Below, piece after piece: positions 18,155-26,621 of a DNA stretch of 64,000 nucleotides. The stretch is from positions 4,926-68,925 of the forward strand of contig JANQQW010000082.1 in the NCBI GenBank assembly GCA_028284885.1, in the 5' to 3' direction. Both the position numbers and the translations under genes were made by a program. The stretch is from Planctomycetaceae bacterium (GTDB taxonomy: Bacteria; Planctomycetota; Planctomycetia; Planctomycetales; Planctomycetaceae). Within the stretch, counting starts at the first letter, position 1; each line of letters begins with the position of its first letter. Under the pieces are notes generated by a model. The model did not search any database and was not told the origin of the DNA. It saw nothing but the letters and a program-made list of their open reading frames with translations.

Positions 18155-18378
18155 GCCGGGTCCTCACGGTCGTCCAGCTTCCGGGCGTCTCGCTGGCGAC
18201 GGAGTTCCTCCCAGATGAGCGCGACGTAGCTCAGCGTCGCGCCGCTGACGACCATGTTCATCCCGACGAAGAACGCCCCGACGGCCGCCGTCGCGTTGCC
18301 GTAGTACACGAACGCGGGGGTGGTGAAGAGGACGAGGGCTCCGCCGATCGACGCGAACAGGAAGCCGACGAAGCCCAT
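18151..18378 (-). CDS. Small (75 aa) two-helix membrane protein
   Basis: 'GFVGFLFASIGGALVLFTT' and 'AVGAFFVGMNMVVSGATLSYVALIW' are hydrophobic helices, followed by a charged tail. It starts 4 nt after the aceF stop. Confidence 0.6.
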   Translation of the reverse strand: MGFVGFLFASIGGALVLFTTPAFVYYGNATAAVGAFFVGMNMVVSGATLSYVALIWEELRRQRDARKLDDREDPA

Positions 18379-18382
18379 CGGC

Positions 18383-19750
18383 CTACCCCTCGATCGCGAG
18401 GGCGAAGAAGTTCGACAGGGCGTGGTTGAGCTTCACGATGAAGCGGGCGGCGTCGGCTCCGTTGACGACCCGGTGGTCGTACGAGAGCGACAGCGGCAGG
18501 ATGAGTCGGTTGACGAGCTGGCCGTCGACGAGGGCGGGCGTCTTCTGGTAGCGGGACATGCCCAGGATGGCGACCTCGGGCGGGTTGACGATCGGCGTGA
18601 AGGACGTGCCGCCGATGCCGCCGAGGTTCGTGATGGTGAAGGTCGCCCCCTGCAGTTCGTCCATGGAGACCTTGCGGTCGCGGGCGCGGACGGCGAGGTC
18701 CGTGATGTCCTCGGCGATCTCGACGACCGACTTCTTGTCGCAGTCCTTGACGACCGGGACGAGCAGGCCGTTCGGCGTGTCGACGGCGATGCCGACGTGG
18801 TAGTACTGCTTGAGGACGAGTTCGCCGCTGCCGAGGTCGATGCTCGAGTTGAACTTGGGGAACGCCTTGAGGCAGGTGACGCAGGCCTTGGCGGCGACGG
18901 CCGTCATGGTGATCTTGGGGCCGTTCTTGCCCAGCGTGTTCATGTACTGCTTGCGGGCCGCCTCGATGTCGGTCACGTCGACGAGGTCGTGCTGCGTGAC
19001 GTGCGGGATGGTGTTCCACGCGTAGGAGAGGTTGTTCGCCGAGGTGCGGGCGATCTTGTTCATCGGCTCGCGGACGACCGGGCCGAACTTGGTGAAGTCC
19101 GGGAGCGGCGGGGCCGCCATGGCGGTGGTGACGCCGGGGGCCGCGCCGACGGTGGCGACCGCGCCGTTCCCGCCGGTGGACATGGCGGACCGCACGTACT
19201 CCTGCACGTCCTCGACCGTGATGCGGCCGCCGCGGGCCGACCCCTTGACGACGTGGAGATCGACGCCGAGCTTCCGGGCGAGGCGACGAGTCGACGGGGC
19301 CGCCGGGGGGGGCGGTCCGCCCGACTTGGACTCGGCCGTCGTCGCGAGGACCGTTCCCTCGCTGGTCGAGGCGGCCGTCGTCGTGGGGGGGACGGCCGCG
19401 GTGGGAGCGGGCTCCGGTTTCGCTGCCGGTGCGGCGGCCTCCGTCGACTCGCTCGGTGCGGGTGCCTCGGCGGGCTTCGACTCCGACGACGCGTCCTCCT
19501 TGGGAGTCCCGTCGCCCGGTTCGATCGTCAGCAGCGGTGCCCCGATGGCCACGCTGTCCCCCTCGGCGACGTGGACCTTCGTGATCGTCCCGGCGTGTGG
19601 GCACGGAAGCTCGACGACGGCCTTCTCCGTCTCGAACTCCATCACCACCTGTTCCTCGGCGACGGTGTCCCCCTCGCTGACGAGGATGCTGGCCACGTCC
19701 GCGGACTCGACGCCCTCGGAGACTTCGGGAAGCGTGAACTCGATGGACAT
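18383..19750 (-). CDS. aceF: Pyruvate dehydrogenase complex E2, dihydrolipoyllysine-residue acetyltransferase
   Basis: Lipoyl domain 'VVMEFETEKAVVELPCPHAGTITKVHV', Ala/Pro linker, PSBD 'PSTRRLARKLGVDL', catalytic 'LSLSYDHRVVNGADAARF'. Start set at ATG 19750 (MSIEFTLP). Confidence 0.93.
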   Translation of the reverse strand: MSIEFTLPEVSEGVESADVASILVSEGDTVAEEQVVMEFETEKAVVELPCPHAGTITKVHVAEGDSVAIGAPLLTIEPGDGTPKEDASSESKPAEAPAPSESTEAAAPAAKPEPAPTAAVPPTTTAASTSEGTVLATTAESKSGGPPPPAAPSTRRLARKLGVDLHVVKGSARGGRITVEDVQEYVRSAMSTGGNGAVATVGAAPGVTTAMAAPPLPDFTKFGPVVREPMNKIARTSANNLSYAWNTIPHVTQHDLVDVTDIEAARKQYMNTLGKNGPKITMTAVAAKACVTCLKAFPKFNSSIDLGSGELVLKQYYHVGIAVDTPNGLLVPVVKDCDKKSVVEIAEDITDLAVRARDRKVSMDELQGATFTITNLGGIGGTSFTPIVNPPEVAILGMSRYQKTPALVDGQLVNRLILPLSLSYDHRVVNGADAARFIVKLNHALSNFFALAIEG

Positions 19751-19764
19751 GGGCGTTGGGAGAT

Positions 19765-19840
19765 GAGAGTTGAGTGTTGAGAGTTCGGAGTCGGATCGCG
19801 GGGCGAGAGAGCCGTCCGGCACTCTCCACTCTCCACTCTC
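19765..19840. repeat. Imperfect long inverted repeat (C-free arm / G-free arm) in the aceE-aceF intergenic region
   Basis: GAGAGTTGAGTGTTGAGAGT (19765-19784) against ACTCTCCACTCTCCACTCTC (19821-19840), 17/20 complementary with a 36-nt spacer. It is embedded in a 31-nt C-free run and a 37-nt G-free run. Confidence 0.7.
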
Positions 19841-19852
19841 CTCACTCCACCA

Positions 19853-22540
19853 CTACGCGATCGCGGCGTCGATCTGTTCGGGGTCTAGGCCGAGTTCCTC
19901 GACGACCTTCGGCAGCCGGTCCTTCTCGAACTGGCAGTGTCGCGAGAGGGCACTCAGCGCGGCGAAGGCGGTGTGCTCGGCGTCGACCTCGAAGTGACGA
20001 CGGAGGTTCGGTCGCGTGTCGCTGCGGCCGAAGCCGTCCGTTCCCAGGACGACGTACTCGCCCGGAATCCACTCGCGAATCTGGTCGGCCACGAGGCGGA
20101 CGTTGTCGCTGGTGGAGACGAACGGGCCGTTCACGCCGTCGAGAACGGTGTCGAGGTAGCTCTTCCGCGGCTCCTCGCCCGGGTGGAGCAGGTTCCACCG
20201 CGACGTGGCGGCGGCGTCGCGGGCGAGCTGGCTGTAGCTGGTGACGCTCCAGACGTCGCTGCCGACGCCGTAGTTGCCGGCGAGGATCTCCTGGGCGGCG
20301 AGGGCCTCGCGGAGGATGGTGCCGCTGCCGAAGATCTGCGGCCGGTGCGACCGCTCGGTGTCGTCGCCCTCGGTGCTGGAGATCTTGTACATCCCCTTGA
20401 GGATGCCCTCCTCGCAGCCCTCGGGCATCGGCGGCTGGACGTAGTTCTCGTTGTAGACCGAGAGGTAGTAGAAGATCTCCTCGTTCTCGGTGTACATGCG
20501 GCGGAGGCCGTCCTGCACGACGACGGCCAGCTCGTAGGCGTAGGCCGGGTCGTACGACTGGAGGGTGGGGACGGTCGTCGCGATGAGGTGGCTGTGGCCG
20601 TCCTCGTGCTGGAGTCCCTCGCCGTTGAGCGTGGTCCGCCCGGAGGTGCCGCCGCAGAGGAAGCCCTTCACGCGGGAGTCGGCCGCACACCAGATGAGGT
20701 CGCCGACCCGCTGGAAGCCGAACATCGAGTAGTAGATGTAGAACGGCACCATCGGGTAGCCGAGGTTGGCGTAGCTGGTGCCGGCGGCGATGAAGCTGCC
20801 CATGGCGCCGGCCTCGTTGATGCCCTCCTCCAGCAGCTGGCCGTCCTTCGCCTCGCGGTAGTACATCAGCTGGCCCTTGTCGACCGGCTCGTACAGCTGC
20901 CCCTTGCTGGCGTAAATGCCGCACTGGCGGAACAGGCCCTCCATGCCGAACGTACGGGCCTCGTCCGGGATGATGGGGACGATGCGGGGGCCGACCTCGT
21001 CGTGGCCGAGGCAGTCGCGAATCAACTGGCCGAGCGCCATGGTGGTGCTGGCCTCCTTGTCGCCGCTTCCCTCCAGCGACTTGCCGAAGTCCTCGCGGGA
21101 CGGGACGGGCAGACCCTCGTCGTTCGGTTTGCGGGCCGGGACGAAGCCGCCGAGCGATTCGCGGCGTTCGCGGAGGTACTCCATCTCGGGGCTGTCGTCG
21201 GCCGGCTTGTAGAACGGCGCCTTGTCGACGTCTTCGTCCTCGACGGGGATGCCGAAGCGGTCGCGGAACTGCCGCAGCTCGTCCTCGTTCGCCTTCTTCA
21301 CGTTGTGGGCGACGTTGCGGCCCTCGCCCGCCTCGCCGAGGCCGTACCCCTTGATCGTCTTCGCGAGGATGACGGTCGGGGCTCCCTCGTGCGCCATGGC
21401 GGCGGCGTAGGCCGTGTAGACCTTCTCCGGGTCGTGGCCGCCCCGTTTCAGCTTCTCCAACTGCTCGTCGGAGAGGTGGTCCACCATCGCCTTCAGTTCG
21501 GGCGTGTTGAAGAAGTTCTCGCGGATGTACGCACCGCCGGCGACGACGTACTTCTGGAACTCGCCGTCGACGACCTCGCTCATCCGGTGGACGAGCTTGC
21601 CCTCGGTGTCCTCGGCGAGGAGCGGGTCCCAGTTGTCGCCCCAGACGACCTTGAGGACGTTCCACCCGGCACCGCGGAAGGCGGCCTCGAGTTCCTGGAT
21701 GATCTTCCCGTTGCCGCGGACCGGCCCGTCCAGCCGCTGAAGGTTGCAGTTGATGACCCAGGTGAGGTTGTCGAGGTTCTCGCGGCTCGCGAGCGTGATG
21801 GCCCCGAGGGTCTCCGGTTCGTCGGTCTCGCCGTCGCCGACGAAGCACCAGACCTGCGACTTGCTCGTGTCCAGCAGGCCGCGGTGCTCCATGTAGCGGA
21901 GGAACCGGGCGTGGTAGATGGAGCAGATGGGGCCTAGGCCCATGCTGACCGTGGGGAACTGCCAGAAGTCCGGCATCAGCCACGGGTGCGGGTACGAGCT
22001 GAGCCCCGTGCCGCGCGGGATCTCCTGTCGGAACTTCTCGAGGTGCTGCTCGTCCAGCCGGCCTTCGACGAATGCCCGCGCGTACATGCCGGGGCTGGCG
22101 TGGCCCTGGAAGTAGACCATGTCGCCCGTGTGGTCGTCGGTCCGGCCGTGGAAGAAGTGGTTGTAGCCGATCTCGTAGAGCGTGGCGGACGAGGCGTAGG
22201 TGGAGATGTGGCCGCCGAGCCCGTCGAACTTCTTGTTCGCCCGGACGACCATGGCCATGGCGTTCCAGCGGATGATGCTCTTGATGCGGCGTTCGAGCTC
22301 CCGGTTGCCGGGGAACCGCGGCTGCCGGTGCGGCGGGATGCTGTTGACGTACGGGGTGTCCGCCGTGAAGGGGAGTGCCACCCCGCGGAGGTAGGCCCGC
22401 TGCTGCAGTTGCACGAGCAGGTGCTGGAGCGGGGCGGGCCCGTAGCGGTGCAGGACGTCGTCGAGCGAGTCGAACCACTCCTCGAGCTCGACGGCGTCCA
22501 GGGCCGCGGGAACGTTCTCGGCTGCCGAGGGGTCGGCCAT
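19853..22540 (-). CDS. aceE: Pyruvate dehydrogenase E1 component, homodimeric type
   Basis: 895 aa. 'LEEWFDSLDDVL...TPYVNSIP', 'GGHISTYASSATLYE', 'GDGETDEPE' ThDP-binding region. Full-length AceE architecture. Confidence 0.95.
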   Translation of the reverse strand: MADPSAAENVPAALDAVELEEWFDSLDDVLHRYGPAPLQHLLVQLQQRAYLRGVALPFTADTPYVNSIPPHRQPRFPGNRELERRIKSIIRWNAMAMVVRANKKFDGLGGHISTYASSATLYEIGYNHFFHGRTDDHTGDMVYFQGHASPGMYARAFVEGRLDEQHLEKFRQEIPRGTGLSSYPHPWLMPDFWQFPTVSMGLGPICSIYHARFLRYMEHRGLLDTSKSQVWCFVGDGETDEPETLGAITLASRENLDNLTWVINCNLQRLDGPVRGNGKIIQELEAAFRGAGWNVLKVVWGDNWDPLLAEDTEGKLVHRMSEVVDGEFQKYVVAGGAYIRENFFNTPELKAMVDHLSDEQLEKLKRGGHDPEKVYTAYAAAMAHEGAPTVILAKTIKGYGLGEAGEGRNVAHNVKKANEDELRQFRDRFGIPVEDEDVDKAPFYKPADDSPEMEYLRERRESLGGFVPARKPNDEGLPVPSREDFGKSLEGSGDKEASTTMALGQLIRDCLGHDEVGPRIVPIIPDEARTFGMEGLFRQCGIYASKGQLYEPVDKGQLMYYREAKDGQLLEEGINEAGAMGSFIAAGTSYANLGYPMVPFYIYYSMFGFQRVGDLIWCAADSRVKGFLCGGTSGRTTLNGEGLQHEDGHSHLIATTVPTLQSYDPAYAYELAVVVQDGLRRMYTENEEIFYYLSVYNENYVQPPMPEGCEEGILKGMYKISSTEGDDTERSHRPQIFGSGTILREALAAQEILAGNYGVGSDVWSVTSYSQLARDAAATSRWNLLHPGEEPRKSYLDTVLDGVNGPFVSTSDNVRLVADQIREWIPGEYVVLGTDGFGRSDTRPNLRRHFEVDAEHTAFAALSALSRHCQFEKDRLPKVVEELGLDPEQIDAAIA

Positions 22541-22736
22541 GCGGAATCTCGTGGGTTCAGTCGGGGGAAACGGCGGCTGAACGGGGGCGGTGGGACGACC
22601 CCGCTGGAGAATGCAGTCGGCGAACGTGGGCGTCGGGCGGACCCGTGGCGCACGTTCTCCGGGACTTCGACTCTAGTGGAGACGCACCCCGAATTCCAGC
22701 ACCGACGGCGAGCTCCCCGCGACGACGGAAACCGAG

Positions 22737-23642
22737 TCAGGCGGAAGGCTTCAGTGCGTGCGGGTGGGCGGCCTCGTAGGTCGCGCGAAGGCGTTCGGTG
22801 CTCACGTGGGTGTAGATCTGGGTGGTGTTCAAGCTGGCGTGGCCGAGCAGCTCCTGCACGCTCCGCAGGTCGGCCCCGCCGTCGAGCAGATGCGTCGCGA
22901 AACTGTGCCGTAGGGTGTGCGGCGAGGTCTTGCTGCTGAGCCCGGCGAGCCCGAGGTACTTCTCGAGCATGCGGCCAACGCTGCGGGTCGTGATCCGTTT
23001 GCCGAAGCGGTTCAGGAACATCGCCCGGGCGTGGTCGGGGTCGTCGACCGGCTCGCGGACCGCGATCCAGTTCACGAGGGCCCGGGACGCGTAGCTGCCG
23101 ATCGGGGCGATGCGTTCCTTGCGGCCCTTGCCGATGACGCGGACGACGTCGGCATCGCGGTTCCAGTCGTCGAGGTCGAGTGCGACGAGCTCGGCGACAC
23201 GCAGCCCGGCGGAGTACAGCGTCTCGAGGATGGCCCGGTCCCGCAGACCCAGCGGCTCGTTCGCGGGCGGGGCGTCGAGGAGGCGGCCGACCTCGTCGGT
23301 CGTCAGGAAGTGCGGCAGCCGGCGGCCGACGCGGGGGGTGCGGAGTGCCTTCGCCGGGTCGTGTGTGACGCGGTTCTCCCGGAGCAGGAAGCGGAAGAAG
23401 CTCCGCAGGCTGGCGAGCCGGCGGGCGATCGTCCGCGGGGCGTACTCGCACTCGTGCATGTAGGCGACGTACCCGCGGAGCATGCGAGTCGTCACCTCCT
23501 CGGCCTCGGGGATGCCGGCGAGTTCCTCGGCGCAGTACTCCAGCAGCCGGTCGAGGTCCTCGGCGTACGCCTTCCGCGTGTGGTCCGAGGAGTTCCGCTC
23601 GATCCGCAGGTAGCGGAGGAAGGCGTCGACGTCGGCGTACAT
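22737..23642 (-). CDS. xerC: Tyrosine recombinase XerC/XerD
   Basis: '[23 protein letters not shown]', '[22 protein letters not shown]', '[39 protein letters not shown]' (R-H-R-Y catalytic set). Confidence 0.9.
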   Translation of the reverse strand: MYADVDAFLRYLRIERNSSDHTRKAYAEDLDRLLEYCAEELAGIPEAEEVTTRMLRGYVAYMHECEYAPRTIARRLASLRSFFRFLLRENRVTHDPAKALRTPRVGRRLPHFLTTDEVGRLLDAPPANEPLGLRDRAILETLYSAGLRVAELVALDLDDWNRDADVVRVIGKGRKERIAPIGSYASRALVNWIAVREPVDDPDHARAMFLNRFGKRITTRSVGRMLEKYLGLAGLSSKTSPHTLRHSFATHLLDGGADLRSVQELLGHASLNTTQIYTHVSTERLRATYEAAHPHALKPSA

Positions 23643-23649
23643 CGCCGCC

Positions 23650-23892
23650 TCAGGCCGCCTTGGGCAGCCGGTTGGTCACGGCCGGGGCGGCCTCCTCGGT
23701 CCTTCGGTCGCGAACGAGTTTGCGGACCCGCTGGCTGAGGACCGCGGCGTCGTACCAGGTGAAGCTCATCTCCTCGTCCGCAGCGTACCGGGCGAGCTGC
23801 CGGAAGAGCTCGTCCGGGCTCTCGTCGTCGAACAGGAAGACGTATCGCTCGGACTCCTTGACGAGTGCGAGCACGTTGACGGCTTGTCCCAT
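23650..23892 (-). CDS. Hypothetical small protein (80 aa) upstream of xerC
   Basis: High-GC3 ORF that ends 8 nt before the xerC start. No motif recognised. Confidence 0.5.
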   Translation of the reverse strand: MGQAVNVLALVKESERYVFLFDDESPDELFRQLARYAADEEMSFTWYDAAVLSQRVRKLVRDRRTEEAAPAVTNRLPKAA

Positions 23893-24054
23893 GAGGTCGA
23901 CTCTCCGTGTCGCGTCGGCCCTTCGCGCGCCGTCGTTGGCACGCCTCCGCGGTGGGCCGAGGTTCTCCCAACACGGTTATCGGCACGGCCCGCGAACCAC
24001 TGCAGTGGGTTCGCGGGCCGTGGGGAGGTCCGGGGGACGGTCGGATCGGCTACG

Positions 24055-24471
24055 TTGGAGGATCACCACGAAGGGCACGAAGAGCACGAAGGAGAAGCCG
24101 TGGAATTCGACGAACTCTCGAACCGCGTCATTGGCTGCGCGATTGACGTGCATCGGGCGTTGGGGCCCGGACTGTTGGAGTCCGCCTACGAAAAGTGCCT
24201 CGCGCACGAACTAAGTGCGCGAGGCATCGAGTTTCGGCTGCAGCATCCACAGCCGGTCCGGTACAAGGACGTTCTGGTCGACTGTGGCTACCGAATCGAC
24301 GTGTTCGTCGAGGATCACCTGGTCGTCGAGCTGAAGTCGGTGGATCGACTCGCGCCGATCCACCAAGCACAGCTCCTGACCTACATGAAGCTCGCCGGCT
24401 CGAAGGTCGGCCTGCTGATGAACTTCAACGTCACCAAGCTCAAGGACGGCATCAAACGCTTCGTCCTCTGA
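24055..24471 (+). CDS. GxxExxY protein (PD-(D/E)XK nuclease-like small protein family)
   Basis: 'VIGCAIDVHRALGPGLLESAYEKCLAHELSARGIEF...DVFVEDHLVVELKSV...HQAQLLTYMKLAGSKVGLLMNFN' contains the G-x2-E-x2-Y signature. The start is uncertain (TTG 24055 giving LEDHHEGHEEHEG..., or GTG 24100). Confidence 0.8.
   Translation: MEDHHEGHEEHEGEAVEFDELSNRVIGCAIDVHRALGPGLLESAYEKCLAHELSARGIEFRLQHPQPVRYKDVLVDCGYRIDVFVEDHLVVELKSVDRLAPIHQAQLLTYMKLAGSKVGLLMNFNVTKLKDGIKRFVL
24063..24093. repeat. Left arm of the inverted repeat flanking the GxxExxY gene
   Basis: TCACCACGAAGGGCACGAAGAGCACGAAGGA, i.e. three CACGAAG units with 9-nt period. 28/31 complementary to 24472-24502. Confidence 0.8.
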
Positions 24472-24502
24472 TCCTTCGTGCTCTTCGCGTGCTTCGTGGT
24501 GA
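24472..24502. repeat. Right arm of the inverted repeat flanking the GxxExxY gene
   Basis: TCCTTCGTGCTCTTCGCGTGCTTCGTGGTGA starts 1 nt after the stop codon. Three CTTCGYG units with 9-nt period. Confidence 0.8.
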
Positions 24503-24520
24503 AGAACAACACCGCACGAG

Positions 24521-25075
24521 TCAGAGGCTCGGCTCGTAGTCCTTCTCCTTCTTCGCATCCGCTCCGATCGCCGCCCGGAAGTCCTTGGCGGCGGCCTCGA
24601 TCGTGGCGTCCTGGCCGACCAGCTTCAGGAAGTAGATGCCCTTCCCCTCGATGGTGACGATCGCGCCGAGCAGTCGGCCGTCCTTCAGCGGCTTCGGGCG
24701 GCGGCGGAACGACGTGCCGATGTGCTCCCCCTTGATGTCCGCGAGCACGTACGCGCCCTGAGAGCCCTTCCCCTCCTTCAGCACCACCTTGCGGCCGTCG
24801 GTCTTGAACTCGCCGAGCCACCGGGGAAGGTTCCCCTTCACGCCACCACCGCCACCGGGAAACGAGAAGATGGCAAGCTGGGCGGCCTCGGAGTCTCCCT
24901 TGGCAGTCGGGATCTCGAACTGGGCGAGCCGCAGCGAACTCGCGGGCTTCGTCTGCTTCCAGCCCTCGGGAACGGTCAGCGTGAGGTCCTTGACCTCGAC
25001 GGTCTTCTCCTCGGCGAACGTGGTCGTCGCGGCAACGGCGACGAGGAGGGCGGTCAGGGCGGTCTTCGCGGGCAT
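24521..25075 (-). CDS. Secreted hypothetical protein
   Basis: Signal peptide MPAKTALTALLVAVAATTTFA. 184-aa ORF with coding-like composition. No motif recognised. Confidence 0.6.
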   Translation of the reverse strand: MPAKTALTALLVAVAATTTFAEEKTVEVKDLTLTVPEGWKQTKPASSLRLAQFEIPTAKGDSEAAQLAIFSFPGGGGGVKGNLPRWLGEFKTDGRKVVLKEGKGSQGAYVLADIKGEHIGTSFRRRPKPLKDGRLLGAIVTIEGKGIYFLKLVGQDATIEAAAKDFRAAIGADAKKEKDYEPSL

Positions 25076-25152
25076 GGTGGGGTGCTCCGGGTGGGTGTAC
25101 AGCGTGAACGTGGATTGTCGCGGCGGCTCCGGCGCAATGCAAACCGGCAGCG

Positions 25153-26502
25153 TCAGCGATCGACGAGGGCCACGCGAAGATCCATCACGTTCGTGTGCGT
25201 CGGCCCGGTCTTCAACAGCCCGCCGACCGGATCGAGAAACGTGTAGGAGTCGTTGATCGCGAGATGCGGGGTCGGGTCGAGGTTCCGTTCGCGGGCCTTC
25301 GCGAGCACGGCGGCGTCGGCGACCCCGCCGGCGGCGTCGGTCGGACCGTCCTCGCCGTCCGTCCCGCCGGACAGCACCACGACGTGGTCGAGCCCGTCGT
25401 CCCAGAGCTCGACGAGGGCCGCGAGAGCCAACTCCTGGTTGCGGCCTCCCTTTCGCGGGCGGTCGGTCTCCGCGAGTCGAACCGTCGGCTCTCCACCGCT
25501 GAGCAGGCAGACGGGTTGCGGCGTCGTCTCATCGTCACGAATCCGCCGACAGTCGTTCGCAAGGTCCCGCCCCACCTCCGCCGCGATGCCGGCGTTCTCC
25601 GAGCCGAGCGAACGGACTTCGTAGCCGAGTTCGTCCGCCCGCTTCGCCGCGGCCGCGAGGGCAACGGCGTTGCTCCCGACCACGTGGGTCACGACGTTCG
25701 CCGGAACGCCTCGTGGCTCCGCACCGGCTGCGGCGGCCCGCAGAACCGCGTGGACCGAGTCGGGAATCGCCCCGACGGACGGGGCCAACCGGTCGAGGAC
25801 CGCGAGGGCGTCGGCGGCCGTCGTCGTGTCGGCCACGGTCGGTCCGGAGGCGATCACGTCGAGCGGGTCGCCGATCACGTCCGAGATCGCCAGCGCGTAC
25901 ACCCGGCGCGCCCCGGCCGCCACGCGGGCGAGTCCGCCGCCCTTGAGCGCCGAGAGGTGCTTGCGGACCGTGTTCAACTCGTTGATCGTCGCGCCGGCGC
26001 TCGCGAGTGTTCGCGTGACGGCCTGCTTGTCGGCGAGGGAGATGCCGTCGACGGGAGCGGGCAGCAAGGCGCTTCCGCCGCCGGAGATCAGGACGACGGC
26101 CACGTCGCGTGGGCCGAGCGAGCCGGCGAGTTCCAGGATACGTTGCGTCCCTTCGACTCCCTCGGCACACGGTTCGTTCCGCCCGGCCGGGCGGGCGGCG
26201 TGCAGTCGAACGCGTGCCGTCGCACGAACGCAGTCGGCCGGGACGTTGACCCAGCCCGTCAGCCGGTCGCTCTCGCCGGCCGCGTCGAACACCGCCTCCA
26301 CACCGGCGACCATCCCCGCCCCGGCCTTCCCGCCACCGACCACGACGACCCGGTCGATCTCGTCGAGCGGAATCGCCTCGCCGAGAACGCGGAGTTCCCC
26401 GTCCTGCAGCGAGACGGACTCGCGGACCAGGCGTTCGGAGTCGATCGCCTCGACCCCCGCCTTCCAGATCTCGACCGCTTCCGCTCGTAGATCGCGTGAC
26501 AC
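25153..26502 (-). CDS. Glycerate 2-kinase / hydroxypyruvate reductase-like (DUF4147 + MOFRL family)
   Basis: 'VVVGGGKAGAGMVAG', 'VVLISGGGSALL', 'LLSGGEPTV ... GGRNQELALA ... LSGGTDGEDGPTDAAGG ... GPTHTNVMDLRV'. GTG 26502 chosen as start; the rest of the 636-aa ORF is Arg/Pro-rich junk. Confidence 0.88.
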   Translation of the reverse strand: MSRDLRAEAVEIWKAGVEAIDSERLVRESVSLQDGELRVLGEAIPLDEIDRVVVVGGGKAGAGMVAGVEAVFDAAGESDRLTGWVNVPADCVRATARVRLHAARPAGRNEPCAEGVEGTQRILELAGSLGPRDVAVVLISGGGSALLPAPVDGISLADKQAVTRTLASAGATINELNTVRKHLSALKGGGLARVAAGARRVYALAISDVIGDPLDVIASGPTVADTTTAADALAVLDRLAPSVGAIPDSVHAVLRAAAAGAEPRGVPANVVTHVVGSNAVALAAAAKRADELGYEVRSLGSENAGIAAEVGRDLANDCRRIRDDETTPQPVCLLSGGEPTVRLAETDRPRKGGRNQELALAALVELWDDGLDHVVVLSGGTDGEDGPTDAAGGVADAAVLAKARERNLDPTPHLAINDSYTFLDPVGGLLKTGPTHTNVMDLRVALVDR

Positions 26503-26621
26503 GACTCCCCCCGCCGTTCGTGGCCGTCGATCTCGGGCGCCGATCGACGGAGTTCCTGAAACCGTATCGCGTCCGGCCGAGTACATCGAGGAGAACCGTC
26601 CGTTGGTCCGGGTGCCGCCCG

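Noticed and set aside
22737-23642. A tyrosine recombinase as a possible marker of an integrated mobile element, given the nearby GxxExxY cassette and a tRNA-Thr 6.5 kb away
   Set aside because: The protein has the full-length XerC/XerD housekeeping pattern. It is flanked by PDH and central-metabolism genes. There are no phage, conjugation or transposition genes, and I found no duplicate of the tRNA-Thr 3' end nearby. It is most likely the chromosomal dimer-resolution recombinase.
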